From positions 1,632,001-1,696,000 of the forward strand of contig OY781066.1 of the NCBI GenBank assembly GCA_963676395.1: 64,000 nt of DNA, in the 5' to 3' direction. Positions 9,894 to 19,809 of the stretch are shown here, piece by piece (within the stretch, counting starts at the first letter, position 1; every line of letters starts with the position of its first letter). The notes under the pieces are model-generated. The model saw only the letters and a program-made list of their open reading frames with translations, was not told the DNA's origin and searched no databases. Position numbers and translations under genes: made by a program. Source of the DNA: a bacterium (GTDB lineage Bacteria > Fidelibacterota > Fidelibacteria > Fidelibacterales > Fidelibacteraceae).

Positions 9894-10073
9894 TTATGCT
9901 TTTTTTTGGAACACCCCGCAACTTCGGGTGCATATTCCGCAGTTGGTACACCTTGCCTGATCTATAACAGGTGCTGAAAATGGTCCATTCTGGGTAATCG
10001 CTCCCACCGGGCAGCGGCTGACGACAGGACAAACATGGTTCTTTGGGCAGTATTCTTCTCTAACTTCAATCAT
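9894..10073 (-). CDS. Small 4Fe-4S ferredoxin-like protein (59 aa, below the ORF-track cutoff)
   Basis: MIEVREEYCPKNHVCPVVSRCPVGAITQNGPFSAPVIDQARCTNCGICTRSCGVFQKKA; CxxCxxCxxxC motif; RBS AAGGA. Confidence 0.85.
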   Translation of the reverse strand: MIEVREEYCPKNHVCPVVSRCPVGAITQNGPFSAPVIDQARCTNCGICTRSCGVFQKKA

Positions 10074-10416
10074 TTTTAAAAATCCTTATAAATTCAATTA
10101 TATCAAAAATTTAGAGCGAATTATACGATGAGAAAATGAAGGAGAAAAGAAAAAAATGTATGCTAAGTAAAATACTTTGTAAACGATTGTAAAATAATGA
10201 GATAAGAGTTTGTTTATTTACGGTTGTTTGAGCTGTTTTTGTAAGAATTACATTTTTTACGATGAATTTTGAACTACAAATGCTTGTACGAATATCTGCT
10301 GCATTGTAGCATTGTTTATCGTTTTTACCTTGAGTATAGTGATTAGTATAAACCTAATCTTAATCTCATCACTCAAATTATTTGTCACTAATCATTAAAT
10401 CATGTATATTTCCTCA

Positions 10417-10971
10417 ATGGATACCTTAAAGGAGATTAAGCTTAAAAGTAAGGCCGTCTTTGACGGCGCTCTCTTACATGTTCGAAAAGATGAGGTGCTT
10501 TTACCTGATGGCAATAGCTCAGTGCGTGAATACATTGTTCACCCAGGGGCTGTCGCATTGATAGCCTATCTTGAAAATGGTCATGTAGTGTTACTAAATC
10601 AGTTTCGTTATCCTTTGCAGAAGGTTTTTATTGAGTTACCTGCGGGGAAGATCGACCCGGGTGAAACTCCCGAGGAAACGGGAATGAGAGAACTTCAGGA
10701 AGAAACCGGATATAAAGCCGGAAGATTAAAACATTTAACAACCATCCATCCCTGTATTGGATATAGTGATGAGGTGATTTACATATATGAAGCCTTTGAC
10801 CTGGAAAAAGGCGAGCAGAATACGGATGATAATGAATTTCTGGAATGCTTCTCTCTCCCATTGGATGAGGCAATTCAAATGGTATTGAAGGGTGAAATTT
10901 CCGATGTCAAAACGATGATCGCGTTGATGAACGCAAAAATGAGAAAGGATGATCATGCCACTCAAATCTAA
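10417..10971 (+). CDS. NUDIX hydrolase (ADP-ribose/ADP-sugar pyrophosphatase, NudF-like)
   Basis: ELPAGKIDPGE...RELQEETG Nudix box. Confidence 0.92.
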   Translation: MDTLKEIKLKSKAVFDGALLHVRKDEVLLPDGNSSVREYIVHPGAVALIAYLENGHVVLLNQFRYPLQKVFIELPAGKIDPGETPEETGMRELQEETGYKAGRLKHLTTIHPCIGYSDEVIYIYEAFDLEKGEQNTDDNEFLECFSLPLDEAIQMVLKGEISDVKTMIALMNAKMRKDDHATQI

Positions 10972-13132
10972 AATGAAAAATATTTTTGATGGATTATATC
11001 ACGATCCCCATGCGGTTCTTGGCATGCATGAAGACGAAAATTTAAATAAGGTCGTGCGGGTATTTCAACCTGACGCAAAAGCAGTATCTATTACTCTTTT
11101 AACCAGCAATAAGACACTGGAAATGGAACCGGGTGAATATGTAGGTTTCTGGACCGTATCTTTTAAGTCTGAATCCTTTGAGAGATATGAAGTTCATGTG
11201 CTTTATGCCGATGAGAATACATTTGATTATATACATCCTTATCAGTTTATGCCTTTGTTAACCGAAGAGGATGCTTTTCTTTTTGGTAAAGGTGATCATC
11301 ATTTTATCTATGAAAAACTTGGTGCACATGTTCGGGAAGTTGATGGGATCAAGGGTGTTTCATTTACGGTTTGGGCGCCATCAGCAAAACGTGTTTCAGT
11401 TGTGGGTGATTTTAATCTTTGGGATGGTCGTAAGCATATGATGCGTGTTTTGGGAGCTTCGGGTATTTGGGAAATATTTATTCCCGGTGTTGATGCCGGT
11501 CATAAATATAAATTTGAGATCTATACACGTGACGGTCAATTGAAACTCAAAGCCGATCCTTATGCAAACTACAGTGAAGTACGTCCCGGTAATGCCTCAA
11601 AGATCTATGACTCAAATTATAAATGGAAAGATAAAAAATATTTGAGTGCCATGCCCAAGCATATGTTGGATAAGCCCATGAGTATTTATGAAGTACACCT
11701 TGCTTCCTGGCAGAAAAAAGAAGGCTGGAAATGGTTGAATTATAAAGAAGCTGCGCCGCTTTTGGTAGATTATGTCAAGAAACATGGTTTTACTCATATT
11801 GAGTTGATGCCAATTATGGAATATCCTTTTGATGGTTCCTGGGGCTATCAGGTGACCGGTTATTATGCTCCGACCTCTCGTTTTGGGTCACCGGATGATC
11901 TGAAATATTTTGTAGACTACTGTCACAAACATGATATTGGTGTTATTCTTGACTGGGTACCTGCGCATTTTCCTAAAGATGATTTCGCTTTGGCACGTTA
12001 TGACGGCACGGCTTTATATGAACATTTTGATCCACGAAGGGGGGAGCATCCTGACTGGGGAACACTTATTTTTAACTTTGGGCGAAATGAAGTGCAGAAC
12101 TTTTTAGTATCCAATGCCCTTTACTGGCTAAAAGAATTTCATGTGGACGGATTAAGGATTGATGCGGTTTCTTCTATGTTGTACCTTGATTATAGTCGTA
12201 ATGATGGTGAATGGTTGCCCAATAAACATGGTGGGAACGAAAATCTTGAAGCCATTGAATTTATGAAAAAGCTTTCAATTATAGTGGGTCAATATTTTCC
12301 TAAGGCAATGTTGATCGCTGAAGAATCTACGGCATGGGGCGGGGTATCACATCCTGTACATTCCGGAGGACTTGGCTTTGATTTTAAGTGGAACATGGGG
12401 TGGATGAATGATTTTTTACGTTATTTGGAGAAAGATCCTATTCATAGGAAGTATCATCATTCTGACATGACCTTCTCTATGTCATATCAATATTCTGAGA
12501 ACTTTATTTTATCTTTATCTCATGATGAAGTGGTACATGGGAAAGGCTCTTTATTAAATAAAATGCCCGGTGACGATTGGCAAAAGTTTGCGAATTATAA
12601 ACTCTTGCTTTCATTTATGTATGCTCATCCCGGCAAGAAATTATTATTTATGGGATCTGAATTGGCTCCTTGGAATGAATGGAATGAAGAGCGTGGACTT
12701 GAATGGGAGCTGGAACAATATGAACCTCATAAAACAGCTTCAAAGTTCATGACAGCCCTGAACAAGATTTATTTGGCTTCACCTGCATTGTGGGAAATGG
12801 ATCAGGATCCTCATGGCTTTGAATGGATAGACGGTGGAAATATCGAACAATCTGTAGCCTCTTTTTTCAGAAGAGGTAAAAAAGCAAAGGATGATATTGT
12901 TGTAGTATGTAACTTCACTCCCGAACCACATTATGATTTCCGATTAGGTGTTCCCGAAGTCGGGGAATATGAAGAAATCTTTAATTCGGATAGTAAGCAT
13001 TACAACGGATCCGGTATCTTTAGAAACAAAAGTGTTTTAAGTGAAAAGATCGAATGGAATGGTCGAAAGCAATCGGTTGTCATTGGGCTTCCTCCGCTAT
13101 CATGCATGATGTTTAAGCGTAAAGAAAAGTAA
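10955..13132 (+). CDS. glgB: 1,4-alpha-glucan branching enzyme
   Basis: DWVPAHF, GLRIDAVSSMLY, IAEEST, WNMGWMND and LSHDEVVHGK motifs. Confidence 0.97.
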   Translation: MPLKSKMKNIFDGLYHDPHAVLGMHEDENLNKVVRVFQPDAKAVSITLLTSNKTLEMEPGEYVGFWTVSFKSESFERYEVHVLYADENTFDYIHPYQFMPLLTEEDAFLFGKGDHHFIYEKLGAHVREVDGIKGVSFTVWAPSAKRVSVVGDFNLWDGRKHMMRVLGASGIWEIFIPGVDAGHKYKFEIYTRDGQLKLKADPYANYSEVRPGNASKIYDSNYKWKDKKYLSAMPKHMLDKPMSIYEVHLASWQKKEGWKWLNYKEAAPLLVDYVKKHGFTHIELMPIMEYPFDGSWGYQVTGYYAPTSRFGSPDDLKYFVDYCHKHDIGVILDWVPAHFPKDDFALARYDGTALYEHFDPRRGEHPDWGTLIFNFGRNEVQNFLVSNALYWLKEFHVDGLRIDAVSSMLYLDYSRNDGEWLPNKHGGNENLEAIEFMKKLSIIVGQYFPKAMLIAEESTAWGGVSHPVHSGGLGFDFKWNMGWMNDFLRYLEKDPIHRKYHHSDMTFSMSYQYSENFILSLSHDEVVHGKGSLLNKMPGDDWQKFANYKLLLSFMYAHPGKKLLFMGSELAPWNEWNEERGLEWELEQYEPHKTASKFMTALNKIYLASPALWEMDQDPHGFEWIDGGNIEQSVASFFRRGKKAKDDIVVVCNFTPEPHYDFRLGVPEVGEYEEIFNSDSKHYNGSGIFRNKSVLSEKIEWNGRKQSVVIGLPPLSCMMFKRKEK

Positions 13133-14223
13133 TGAAAAATAAAACCGTTGTTTACGCTATCATCGATTGGGGTTTGGGTCACGTGACCCGTTCTACACCT
13201 ATTATTAAACGTCTGATAAAAGATAATAATAAAGTTATTCTTGTTTCTTATGGCAAAGCGCTGTCCATGTTAAAACAAGAGTTTTCCGAATGCACCATTC
13301 TTGAAATTAAAGATACGCAGGTTCGATATCCCAAGTTTGGGTTTCTTTTTGTTTTTGCAATGATTTTTCAGGTGCCTAAAATGTTTTTTGGTTGGGCACA
13401 CGAGCGTTCGCAAATCAAGAAGATCGTAAAAGAATATGATGCCGATCTGATAATGACCGAGATGCGTTTGGGATTTTGGCATAAAAGGGTACCATCTGTA
13501 TTGATCACACATCAATTAAGATTTCATTTACCTAAAAGGCTTCGTGCTTTTATGATATTCGGTGAATGGTTCAATCGCATTGTATTTAAGCATTTTGATC
13601 GTGTATTTGTCCCCGACGCTGCCGGTAAACCAAATCTCTCCGGGATCTTGTCACACGATACCGCGATTTCGAGACATAAAAAAGTTCGCCATGTTGGCTG
13701 TCTTTCATCCGTTGTGCCACAGGCATCTATCAAGAATGAAGATATTGATTATATGATCTCTATTTCAGGACCTGAGCCTCAACGCTCTGAGTTTGAAAAG
13801 AGAGTGTGTAAGCAACTGGATCGTTTAAAGGGGAAGGTTGTTGTAACGCTTGGTCGACCGGCTGAAGAAAAAAACATATTACAACAGAGTAAAAATCTTA
13901 CCATTTATGCACATTTAAATCGTAATGAGATGAATGAAATGATGCAACGAGCTAAGCATGTAATTTGTCGATCCGGTTATTCAACCGTAATGGAATTGCT
14001 GGCGCTGGGAAAATCTGCGATGTTTGTGCCGACTCCCGGCCAAACAGAACAGGAGTATCTTGGAAAACTTTATGAAGAGCAGGGATTGTTTACCTGTTGT
14101 TCACAAGAAAAATTAGATCTTGGAAAGCTTAATTTTTATTCTGCAGAAAAATTGAAATCACAAAATATACCGGTTAATCAGCTTGACCGGATCATGGAAG
14201 AATTAGATACATTATGCCCTTAA
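13132..14223 (+). CDS. Glycosyltransferase (GT28/GT1-like, GT-B fold)
   Basis: WGLGHVTR, RSGYSTVME and VPTPGQTEQ motifs. Confidence 0.88.
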   Translation: MKNKTVVYAIIDWGLGHVTRSTPIIKRLIKDNNKVILVSYGKALSMLKQEFSECTILEIKDTQVRYPKFGFLFVFAMIFQVPKMFFGWAHERSQIKKIVKEYDADLIMTEMRLGFWHKRVPSVLITHQLRFHLPKRLRAFMIFGEWFNRIVFKHFDRVFVPDAAGKPNLSGILSHDTAISRHKKVRHVGCLSSVVPQASIKNEDIDYMISISGPEPQRSEFEKRVCKQLDRLKGKVVVTLGRPAEEKNILQQSKNLTIYAHLNRNEMNEMMQRAKHVICRSGYSTVMELLALGKSAMFVPTPGQTEQEYLGKLYEEQGLFTCCSQEKLDLGKLNFYSAEKLKSQNIPVNQLDRIMEELDTLCP

Positions 14224-15371
14224 TTTTAAAAGTACTAAGTATTGTCGCCTTTTCATTTTCAGGGATCTATGTAATCCTTATCATATTTTTTTATTCGGGT
14301 TTCCGAAAGCTAAAAGCTCATGAATTAAAAGCTGATGAGGATCTACCGGACTTAACGGTGATTGTTTGTGCCAAGGATGAAGAAGTACATATTGAAACTA
14401 CGATCAATTCGATCTTAGCTCAAGATTATCCAAAAGAAAAATATACTATCATTGCGGTTAATGATCGATCAAGTGATAGGACAGCCGAAATATTAGATTT
14501 ACTTAAGAGCAAAAACGATAATATGAAAGTGATACACTTGAGTGAATGTCCTCATGGAGTGTCACCCAAAAAGAATGCGATTTCAAGAGCAATAGAATAT
14601 TGTGATAGTGAATTTATAGTGGCGGCAGATGCCGATGTAACACTTAAAAAACAATGGCTTAGATCTTATGGCTCTATGTGCACAAAATCTTTGGGTTGTA
14701 CAACTGCATTATGTGTCTTAAATAAAAAAGTTTATACATCGAAATGGGAAGAAACCTGGCAAAACATGCAAAAGCTGGAAAACCTTTCTTACGGAGTTGT
14801 TAATGCCGGAGCTATGGCTAACGGATTTCCCATTACTGCTTATGGTGGTAATATGATGTACCGTAAAGAGCTTTTTAACGCTGATGATACCTTGAGGGAT
14901 AAGGTTGTAACAGGTGATGATACAATGATCGTTTATGAAGCCCAGAGACAAGGCTACGATATAAAATTTAATATGCATCCACAGGCTGTTGCAGATATGG
15001 TTCCGGAAGATACAATTGCCGATATGATAAACCAACGTATTCGTTGGGCTTCGCATACAATGAAAATGACTTTCCCCGTTGTACTGATGATGTTAGCGAT
15101 CTTTTTCTTTTATCTTTCTACCTTTGTTTTTCCATTTTTAGGCTTTATACACATCAATATGCTGTATTATGGGTTGGGATTATTTGCAATAAAAGCTTGT
15201 TGCGATATGTTTTATATGGCTGTAACTTTAAAGCAATTTGAAATACCGTTCAAGTTTAAACATTTGTTGCTAATGGAAGTGGTTCACGCCCCCTTTATTA
15301 TTTGGGTGGGTCTGCGTGGTACGTTTGGCAAATTTACCTGGAAAGGGTCTACTTACAAAAAAACGCTATAG
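14214..15371 (+). CDS. Membrane GT2 glycosyltransferase
   Basis: N-terminal TM; NDRSSD, DAD, GDD and QRIRW motifs. Confidence 0.9.
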   Translation: MPLILKVLSIVAFSFSGIYVILIIFFYSGFRKLKAHELKADEDLPDLTVIVCAKDEEVHIETTINSILAQDYPKEKYTIIAVNDRSSDRTAEILDLLKSKNDNMKVIHLSECPHGVSPKKNAISRAIEYCDSEFIVAADADVTLKKQWLRSYGSMCTKSLGCTTALCVLNKKVYTSKWEETWQNMQKLENLSYGVVNAGAMANGFPITAYGGNMMYRKELFNADDTLRDKVVTGDDTMIVYEAQRQGYDIKFNMHPQAVADMVPEDTIADMINQRIRWASHTMKMTFPVVLMMLAIFFFYLSTFVFPFLGFIHINMLYYGLGLFAIKACCDMFYMAVTLKQFEIPFKFKHLLLMEVVHAPFIIWVGLRGTFGKFTWKGSTYKKTL

Positions 15372-15377
15372 GATATT

Positions 15378-16274
15378 ATGAATAAAATACTGTCGAACTT
15401 TCTAAAGATCGCGGTAACTGTCTTTTTATTTTGGTGGTTGTCGCGCTCTGTAGATTTTTACGAGCTAGTGGCATATTTCAGATCTATCCCCACATACTTA
15501 GTCCTTTTAATTTATTTATTGGGTCTGATCAATGCGGGAGCACAAGGATTGAGGTTTTTCTACTCTGTCCATCTATTAATGCCTCCTTTTACTAAGAAAC
15601 AAGCCATTGTTTCACTTTTTGCCGGTTTTACTTTAAGAATTATTCTGCCGGGATCTGTGGGGGAAGTTGGAAAGATTTTTCTCTTACCCGGAGATAATAA
15701 ATCGAGGTTGTATACTTTCTTACTGGATGCATTCTATTGTACCGCGACAAATTTATTTTTCTTTGGTATAGCCTGCTTTTTACTTTTTCCCAAGATGTGG
15801 TATATGTTGGGATTCTGCTTTATCTTTATAGTCTTTTTCTGGATATATCGTTTGTTGGTGCACACCACTGATTTTAAAAAGCATATTCCCGATAATGTCC
15901 CTTATTTTAAATTTGGCGTAGCAAATATTACTTTTACAACTTTGACTATGGTTGTATACGTCAGTCAGTACTGGGCCCTATTAAAACAGTATGGCATGGA
16001 TCTTTTTGAGGTGGCAAAATCTTCCATTTTTATTCTTGGAGTCGGTTTTATTCCCTTCTCATTTGCTGGAATGGGATTTAGAGAAAATGGCGCTAAATAT
16101 GTTCTGGAAATGTTCAATGTTCCTTCTGAAGCGGCAGTGGGTGTAGCTTTGTTGATTTTCTCTGCAAATGTATTATTTCCTGCTTTGATCGGCGTGATCA
16201 TGTTGACCTTTGTATCTGATATTAAATTGCATGATATCAAAGAAATGGTTAAACGTAAAGAACGTGAATCGTAA
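15378..16274 (+). CDS. Lysylphosphatidylglycerol synthase TM / flippase-like membrane protein
   Basis: Multi-TM; LPGSVGEVGK and GMGFRE motifs. Confidence 0.8.
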   Translation: MNKILSNFLKIAVTVFLFWWLSRSVDFYELVAYFRSIPTYLVLLIYLLGLINAGAQGLRFFYSVHLLMPPFTKKQAIVSLFAGFTLRIILPGSVGEVGKIFLLPGDNKSRLYTFLLDAFYCTATNLFFFGIACFLLFPKMWYMLGFCFIFIVFFWIYRLLVHTTDFKKHIPDNVPYFKFGVANITFTTLTMVVYVSQYWALLKQYGMDLFEVAKSSIFILGVGFIPFSFAGMGFRENGAKYVLEMFNVPSEAAVGVALLIFSANVLFPALIGVIMLTFVSDIKLHDIKEMVKRKERES

Positions 16275-16293
16275 ATAAAAAATTGTAAGAACT

Positions 16294-16326
16294 AAGGGTT
16301 GAACATATTCAACCCTTTTTCTTTTT
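16294..16326 (+). terminator. Rho-independent terminator
   Basis: AAGGGTTGAA-CATA-TTCAACCCTT followed by a T tract. Confidence 0.8.
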
Positions 16327-16567
16327 ATCTTATATTTTATTATCTTGTGAATACAGGAATCTTGTGTTTGGTTGACTTCGCGAGGTTCGCGATTGGCACA
16401 TAGATCCAGCTTAAAATTATCACTTAATTAATAAAGTATATTTCTGTTATTTTTAAATCTCAATTCCAACGCTTTATACCTTTATTATATGTGTGGACTA
16501 AATACGACAAAGGCTCGAATCGCTTTCACGACTGAGCCTTTGTCACCTTTCAGGAAATAGGTCTATA

Positions 16568-17803
16568 TCAGAAGAAATATGACATAGATAGATTCGAAGT
16601 CTTCGCTTTTTCTGCCTCACCATCATAAAACAGGTGATAGGTCTCAAAGGAAGCGCTGATGCTAAGTCCATTTTTTATAAAGAACGAAGCTCCCCAGGAT
16701 GTGGATGATTTGAATCGATCCTGGATTTCATTAGGTACCAAATTGCTCAACGAGAAGGCGCTCAGGCCTTGATATGTATCGGGTAGATATTGGTATCCAA
16801 AATAGAAATGTAAGGGTAACATGGGCACATGTAGAGCCATACCGATATGGTGAGAGCCAACAGCCGAAAGGTTATTGGTAATTTCTCTGTTGATTTCATC
16901 AACTCGGGTTTGCAATAAACCGTTGTTACCGCTTGAACGAACCTTTAGATCTTGCCAGTTAGTATAGTCATAACTGTAATAAAGATCTACAATTTTTAAG
17001 GTTATGGCGAACCCGGCTCTTAGTATTGCCGGTGAGGTCATGCTATACTCAACATTAGCTGATGAAGCGTCTTGATAAGTTCTTAAAGAATATTCATTTT
17101 CAATGCTAGTTGGAAGATCAATGCTGACACCAAGATTCAAAATTGAGATCGGGTGATACGTTAAACCGATTTTTGCACCGGCCCCAAAATAGGAATTTTC
17201 TTCAATGTAACCATCAGTATTTGCTTTAAAGTCCAGGTCATTGTTTCGTTCACCGCTTAATAAGGAAACTTCGGCTCCAACAAATATATCTTCCTGAACT
17301 TCCATAGCGCCGTTAAAGTGCCAATTGTAGATACCACCCGAACTGCGTTGAAGAATATCATCGTCTTGATAATACAAAGAAAAATCTTTTGTTTTATTTA
17401 CGCCTGCGGCGAAGTTTAAAGCGCCCGTGTAAACGGGAACCGAGATGATATACGATAAGCCGCCTAAGCTGTTTTTGTTTATACCATTATAATTCGTAAA
17501 CAATCCGTTAACTTGCAGACTATTGAATTTCGTCATGCCGAGGTTAGCTGGGTTGACTGTAAATTCAGGGACCATCTGTCCCGAAGCTACAGTTGCGTTT
17601 CCAATAGCAGTGGAAACGGGGCCGCCTTTATCTAAGCTGGAAATTCTTACGGGATAGGTATACCCGGTGGGTGAGCTGAAATGCTGATTGTCCAGATCAT
17701 AAGAATAAAAAGGGGCAAGTACATCCGGTAGTTCTTGAGAAAATGCAAAAACCGACAGAATGCCTAAGATGATAACTGTTGATATTTTATGTTTCATTTT
17801 CAT
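16568..17803 (-). CDS. Outer-membrane beta-barrel protein (OmpP1/FadL-like)
   Basis: Signal peptide, A(I)GNA.VA and NPANLG motifs, C-terminal aromatic YFF. Confidence 0.75.
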   Translation of the reverse strand: MKMKHKISTVIILGILSVFAFSQELPDVLAPFYSYDLDNQHFSSPTGYTYPVRISSLDKGGPVSTAIGNATVASGQMVPEFTVNPANLGMTKFNSLQVNGLFTNYNGINKNSLGGLSYIISVPVYTGALNFAAGVNKTKDFSLYYQDDDILQRSSGGIYNWHFNGAMEVQEDIFVGAEVSLLSGERNNDLDFKANTDGYIEENSYFGAGAKIGLTYHPISILNLGVSIDLPTSIENEYSLRTYQDASSANVEYSMTSPAILRAGFAITLKIVDLYYSYDYTNWQDLKVRSSGNNGLLQTRVDEINREITNNLSAVGSHHIGMALHVPMLPLHFYFGYQYLPDTYQGLSAFSLSNLVPNEIQDRFKSSTSWGASFFIKNGLSISASFETYHLFYDGEAEKAKTSNLSMSYFF

Positions 17804-18591
17804 TATTTACTCTTTTTACTACTTGAAGATGTTGATTGTGACCTATTGTTCTTAGATGAAGTCGAAGTGGTATGTGAACCCTTACTGGGTTTGCTTGAAC
17901 TGGATGAAGAACTGGAAGAGCTTTTAGGTCTGTAGACGGCTGTTGAAGACTTCTTGGTATTAGAAGAGCTACTTGGGCGCTTGTAATTTTCTCCGGATGA
18001 TTTAGTTTCGGTAGATTTATAAGTTCTATTTGAATTTACTGAAGTCTTTCCAACTTTTTCCACTCTAGGGGAATATACCGTTCCTGTTCGTGTTGTTTTG
18101 TTTTCGAGTTTTACTTTTCCGACTCTCTGGGTACCACTGTCCTGGTTATATACCGAGATATAGGGTGCTGAACCTGTGGGGGAGTTTATTAATTCGGTGT
18201 AACCGGGTTTACGAATTCGCTCTTTATTACCCGAAGAACCACCGGTATCTCCACCATGCCAGGTGTAGTCGTGATCATAATAATACCAGTAGTTGTTATA
18301 AGGATTATAATAATAATAATAACCGCCCCAATAATGTGGACGCCAGCGATAATATGAATAATCATAATAGAACGGATCCCAATAGTAGTCGCCCCATAAC
18401 CAACTATACCTTGAATAGTGAGGTATTTGATAGTATTCGGATGTTTCGTAGTAATTGTTTATGATCACCTGTTTCACCGAGTCAGGAACTTCTTCTGCTG
18501 ATTGCATTTGCATGCTCATAGGAGGATAAAGGGTTGTATAACAACCGCTAAGTATGACAGCGACAAGCATGATCAATAATGTTTTTTTCAT
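17803..18591 (-). CDS. Tyr-rich/Ser-rich lipoprotein coupled to the beta-barrel gene
   Basis: Lipobox LSGC; low-complexity Tyr/Trp and Ser/Lys tracts; stop/start overlap with the next gene. Confidence 0.8.
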   Translation of the reverse strand: MKKTLLIMLVAVILSGCYTTLYPPMSMQMQSAEEVPDSVKQVIINNYYETSEYYQIPHYSRYSWLWGDYYWDPFYYDYSYYRWRPHYWGGYYYYYNPYNNYWYYYDHDYTWHGGDTGGSSGNKERIRKPGYTELINSPTGSAPYISVYNQDSGTQRVGKVKLENKTTRTGTVYSPRVEKVGKTSVNSNRTYKSTETKSSGENYKRPSSSSNTKKSSTAVYRPKSSSSSSSSSSKPSKGSHTTSTSSKNNRSQSTSSSSKKSK

Positions 18592-18766
18592 GTTTCACCT
18601 CGTTATAGAATATTAGTGCAACGACTATATATAAAAATAGTTTCCCTATAATTAAGACACAAGGGATAAAATTATGTTAATAATGGCTTAATGGTAAAAA
18701 GGGGGGGCTAAAAACGCTATAATTAATTGATTTATAGTTTATTAAATAAGATTTCTTATTTTTTAA

Positions 18767-19801
18767 GGCTTAATGGTAAAAATGGGGGGCTAAAAACGCT
18801 ATAATTAATTGATTTATAGTTTATTAAATAAGATTTCTTATTTTTTAAATAAAAAGATGGCTAAAAAGATGTCCAAAATGTGGTGGAAATAGCACCAAAA
18901 AGAACGGAAAGAAGAGGGGAAAACAGAGCTATAAATGCAACGATTGTCACCACAGATTCTCCAGCAAATCAAGACCAAGAAAAAAAATATCTCACAGTCT
19001 TTTCGTTGATTATTTTGAAGGCAAGCAAAGCTTACGACAGTTATCAGAAAAGTATCATTTAAGCATTAAAACAATCCGATCAAAATTAGCAGATCATCAA
19101 GTCACTATCCCCGATTACAAACCTTCAGATACAGTGATCATTATGGATAGTAGCTACTTCAGACGAGGCTTTGGTGTCATGGTATTTAAAGATGCGTATA
19201 GTAAAAAGAATCTTGATTGGCGGTACATCAAGACAGAAACAATTGATCTTTACAAACAAGGTATTGGTTTGCTAAAGATGAGAGGATGGATAATAAAAGC
19301 TATCGTCTGTGACGGCAGAAGAGGCTTATTTAAGGCGTTTGCAGAAATCCCTATCCAAATGTGTCACTTCCACCAACAGGCTATCATAAGGCGTTATTTA
19401 ACACTGAATCCACGCACACCGGCCGGCCATGAGCTCAAAGAAATATCATACCAACTCAAAAACATTGATAAAACATCTTGGATCTTCATATTAGATCATT
19501 GGCATAAAAAATGGCAAAATTATTTGAAAGAAAAAACGGTTAATCCAATTACGGGTAAGTGGCATTATACTCACAAAAGATTGAGAAGTGCTTATCGAAG
19601 CCTAAAGACAAACACACCTTATCTTTTTACTTTCCAAGATTACCCTGATTTACATATCCCAAACACAACAAATCTACTGGAAGGTAACTTTACTGAATTA
19701 AAAACAAAGCTAAGAAATCATGCTGGAATTAAGGATGAAATGAAAACTAAATTAACAGACCATTTTTTGGCCAAATAGCCCCCCATTTTTACCATTAAGC
19801 C
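18767..19801 (+). mobile_element. Inner intact 1035-bp IS copy
   Basis: Perfect 26-bp IRs; 8-bp target duplication TTTTTTAA at 18759-18766 and 19802-19809. Confidence 0.92.
18849..19778 (+). CDS. DDE transposase (IS256/MULE-like) with N-terminal Zn-ribbon and HTH; no in-frame ATG/GTG/TTG before the Zn-ribbon
   Basis: Frame open from ATA 18849: CPKCG...YKCNDC, then MDSSYF, VCDG, QMCHFHQ and TTNLLEG. Confidence 0.85.
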   Translation: MKRWLKRCPKCGGNSTKKNGKKRGKQSYKCNDCHHRFSSKSRPRKKISHSLFVDYFEGKQSLRQLSEKYHLSIKTIRSKLADHQVTIPDYKPSDTVIIMDSSYFRRGFGVMVFKDAYSKKNLDWRYIKTETIDLYKQGIGLLKMRGWIIKAIVCDGRRGLFKAFAEIPIQMCHFHQQAIIRRYLTLNPRTPAGHELKEISYQLKNIDKTSWIFILDHWHKKWQNYLKEKTVNPITGKWHYTHKRLRSAYRSLKTNTPYLFTFQDYPDLHIPNTTNLLEGNFTELKTKLRNHAGIKDEMKTKLTDHFLAK

Positions 19802-19809
19802 TTTTTTAA

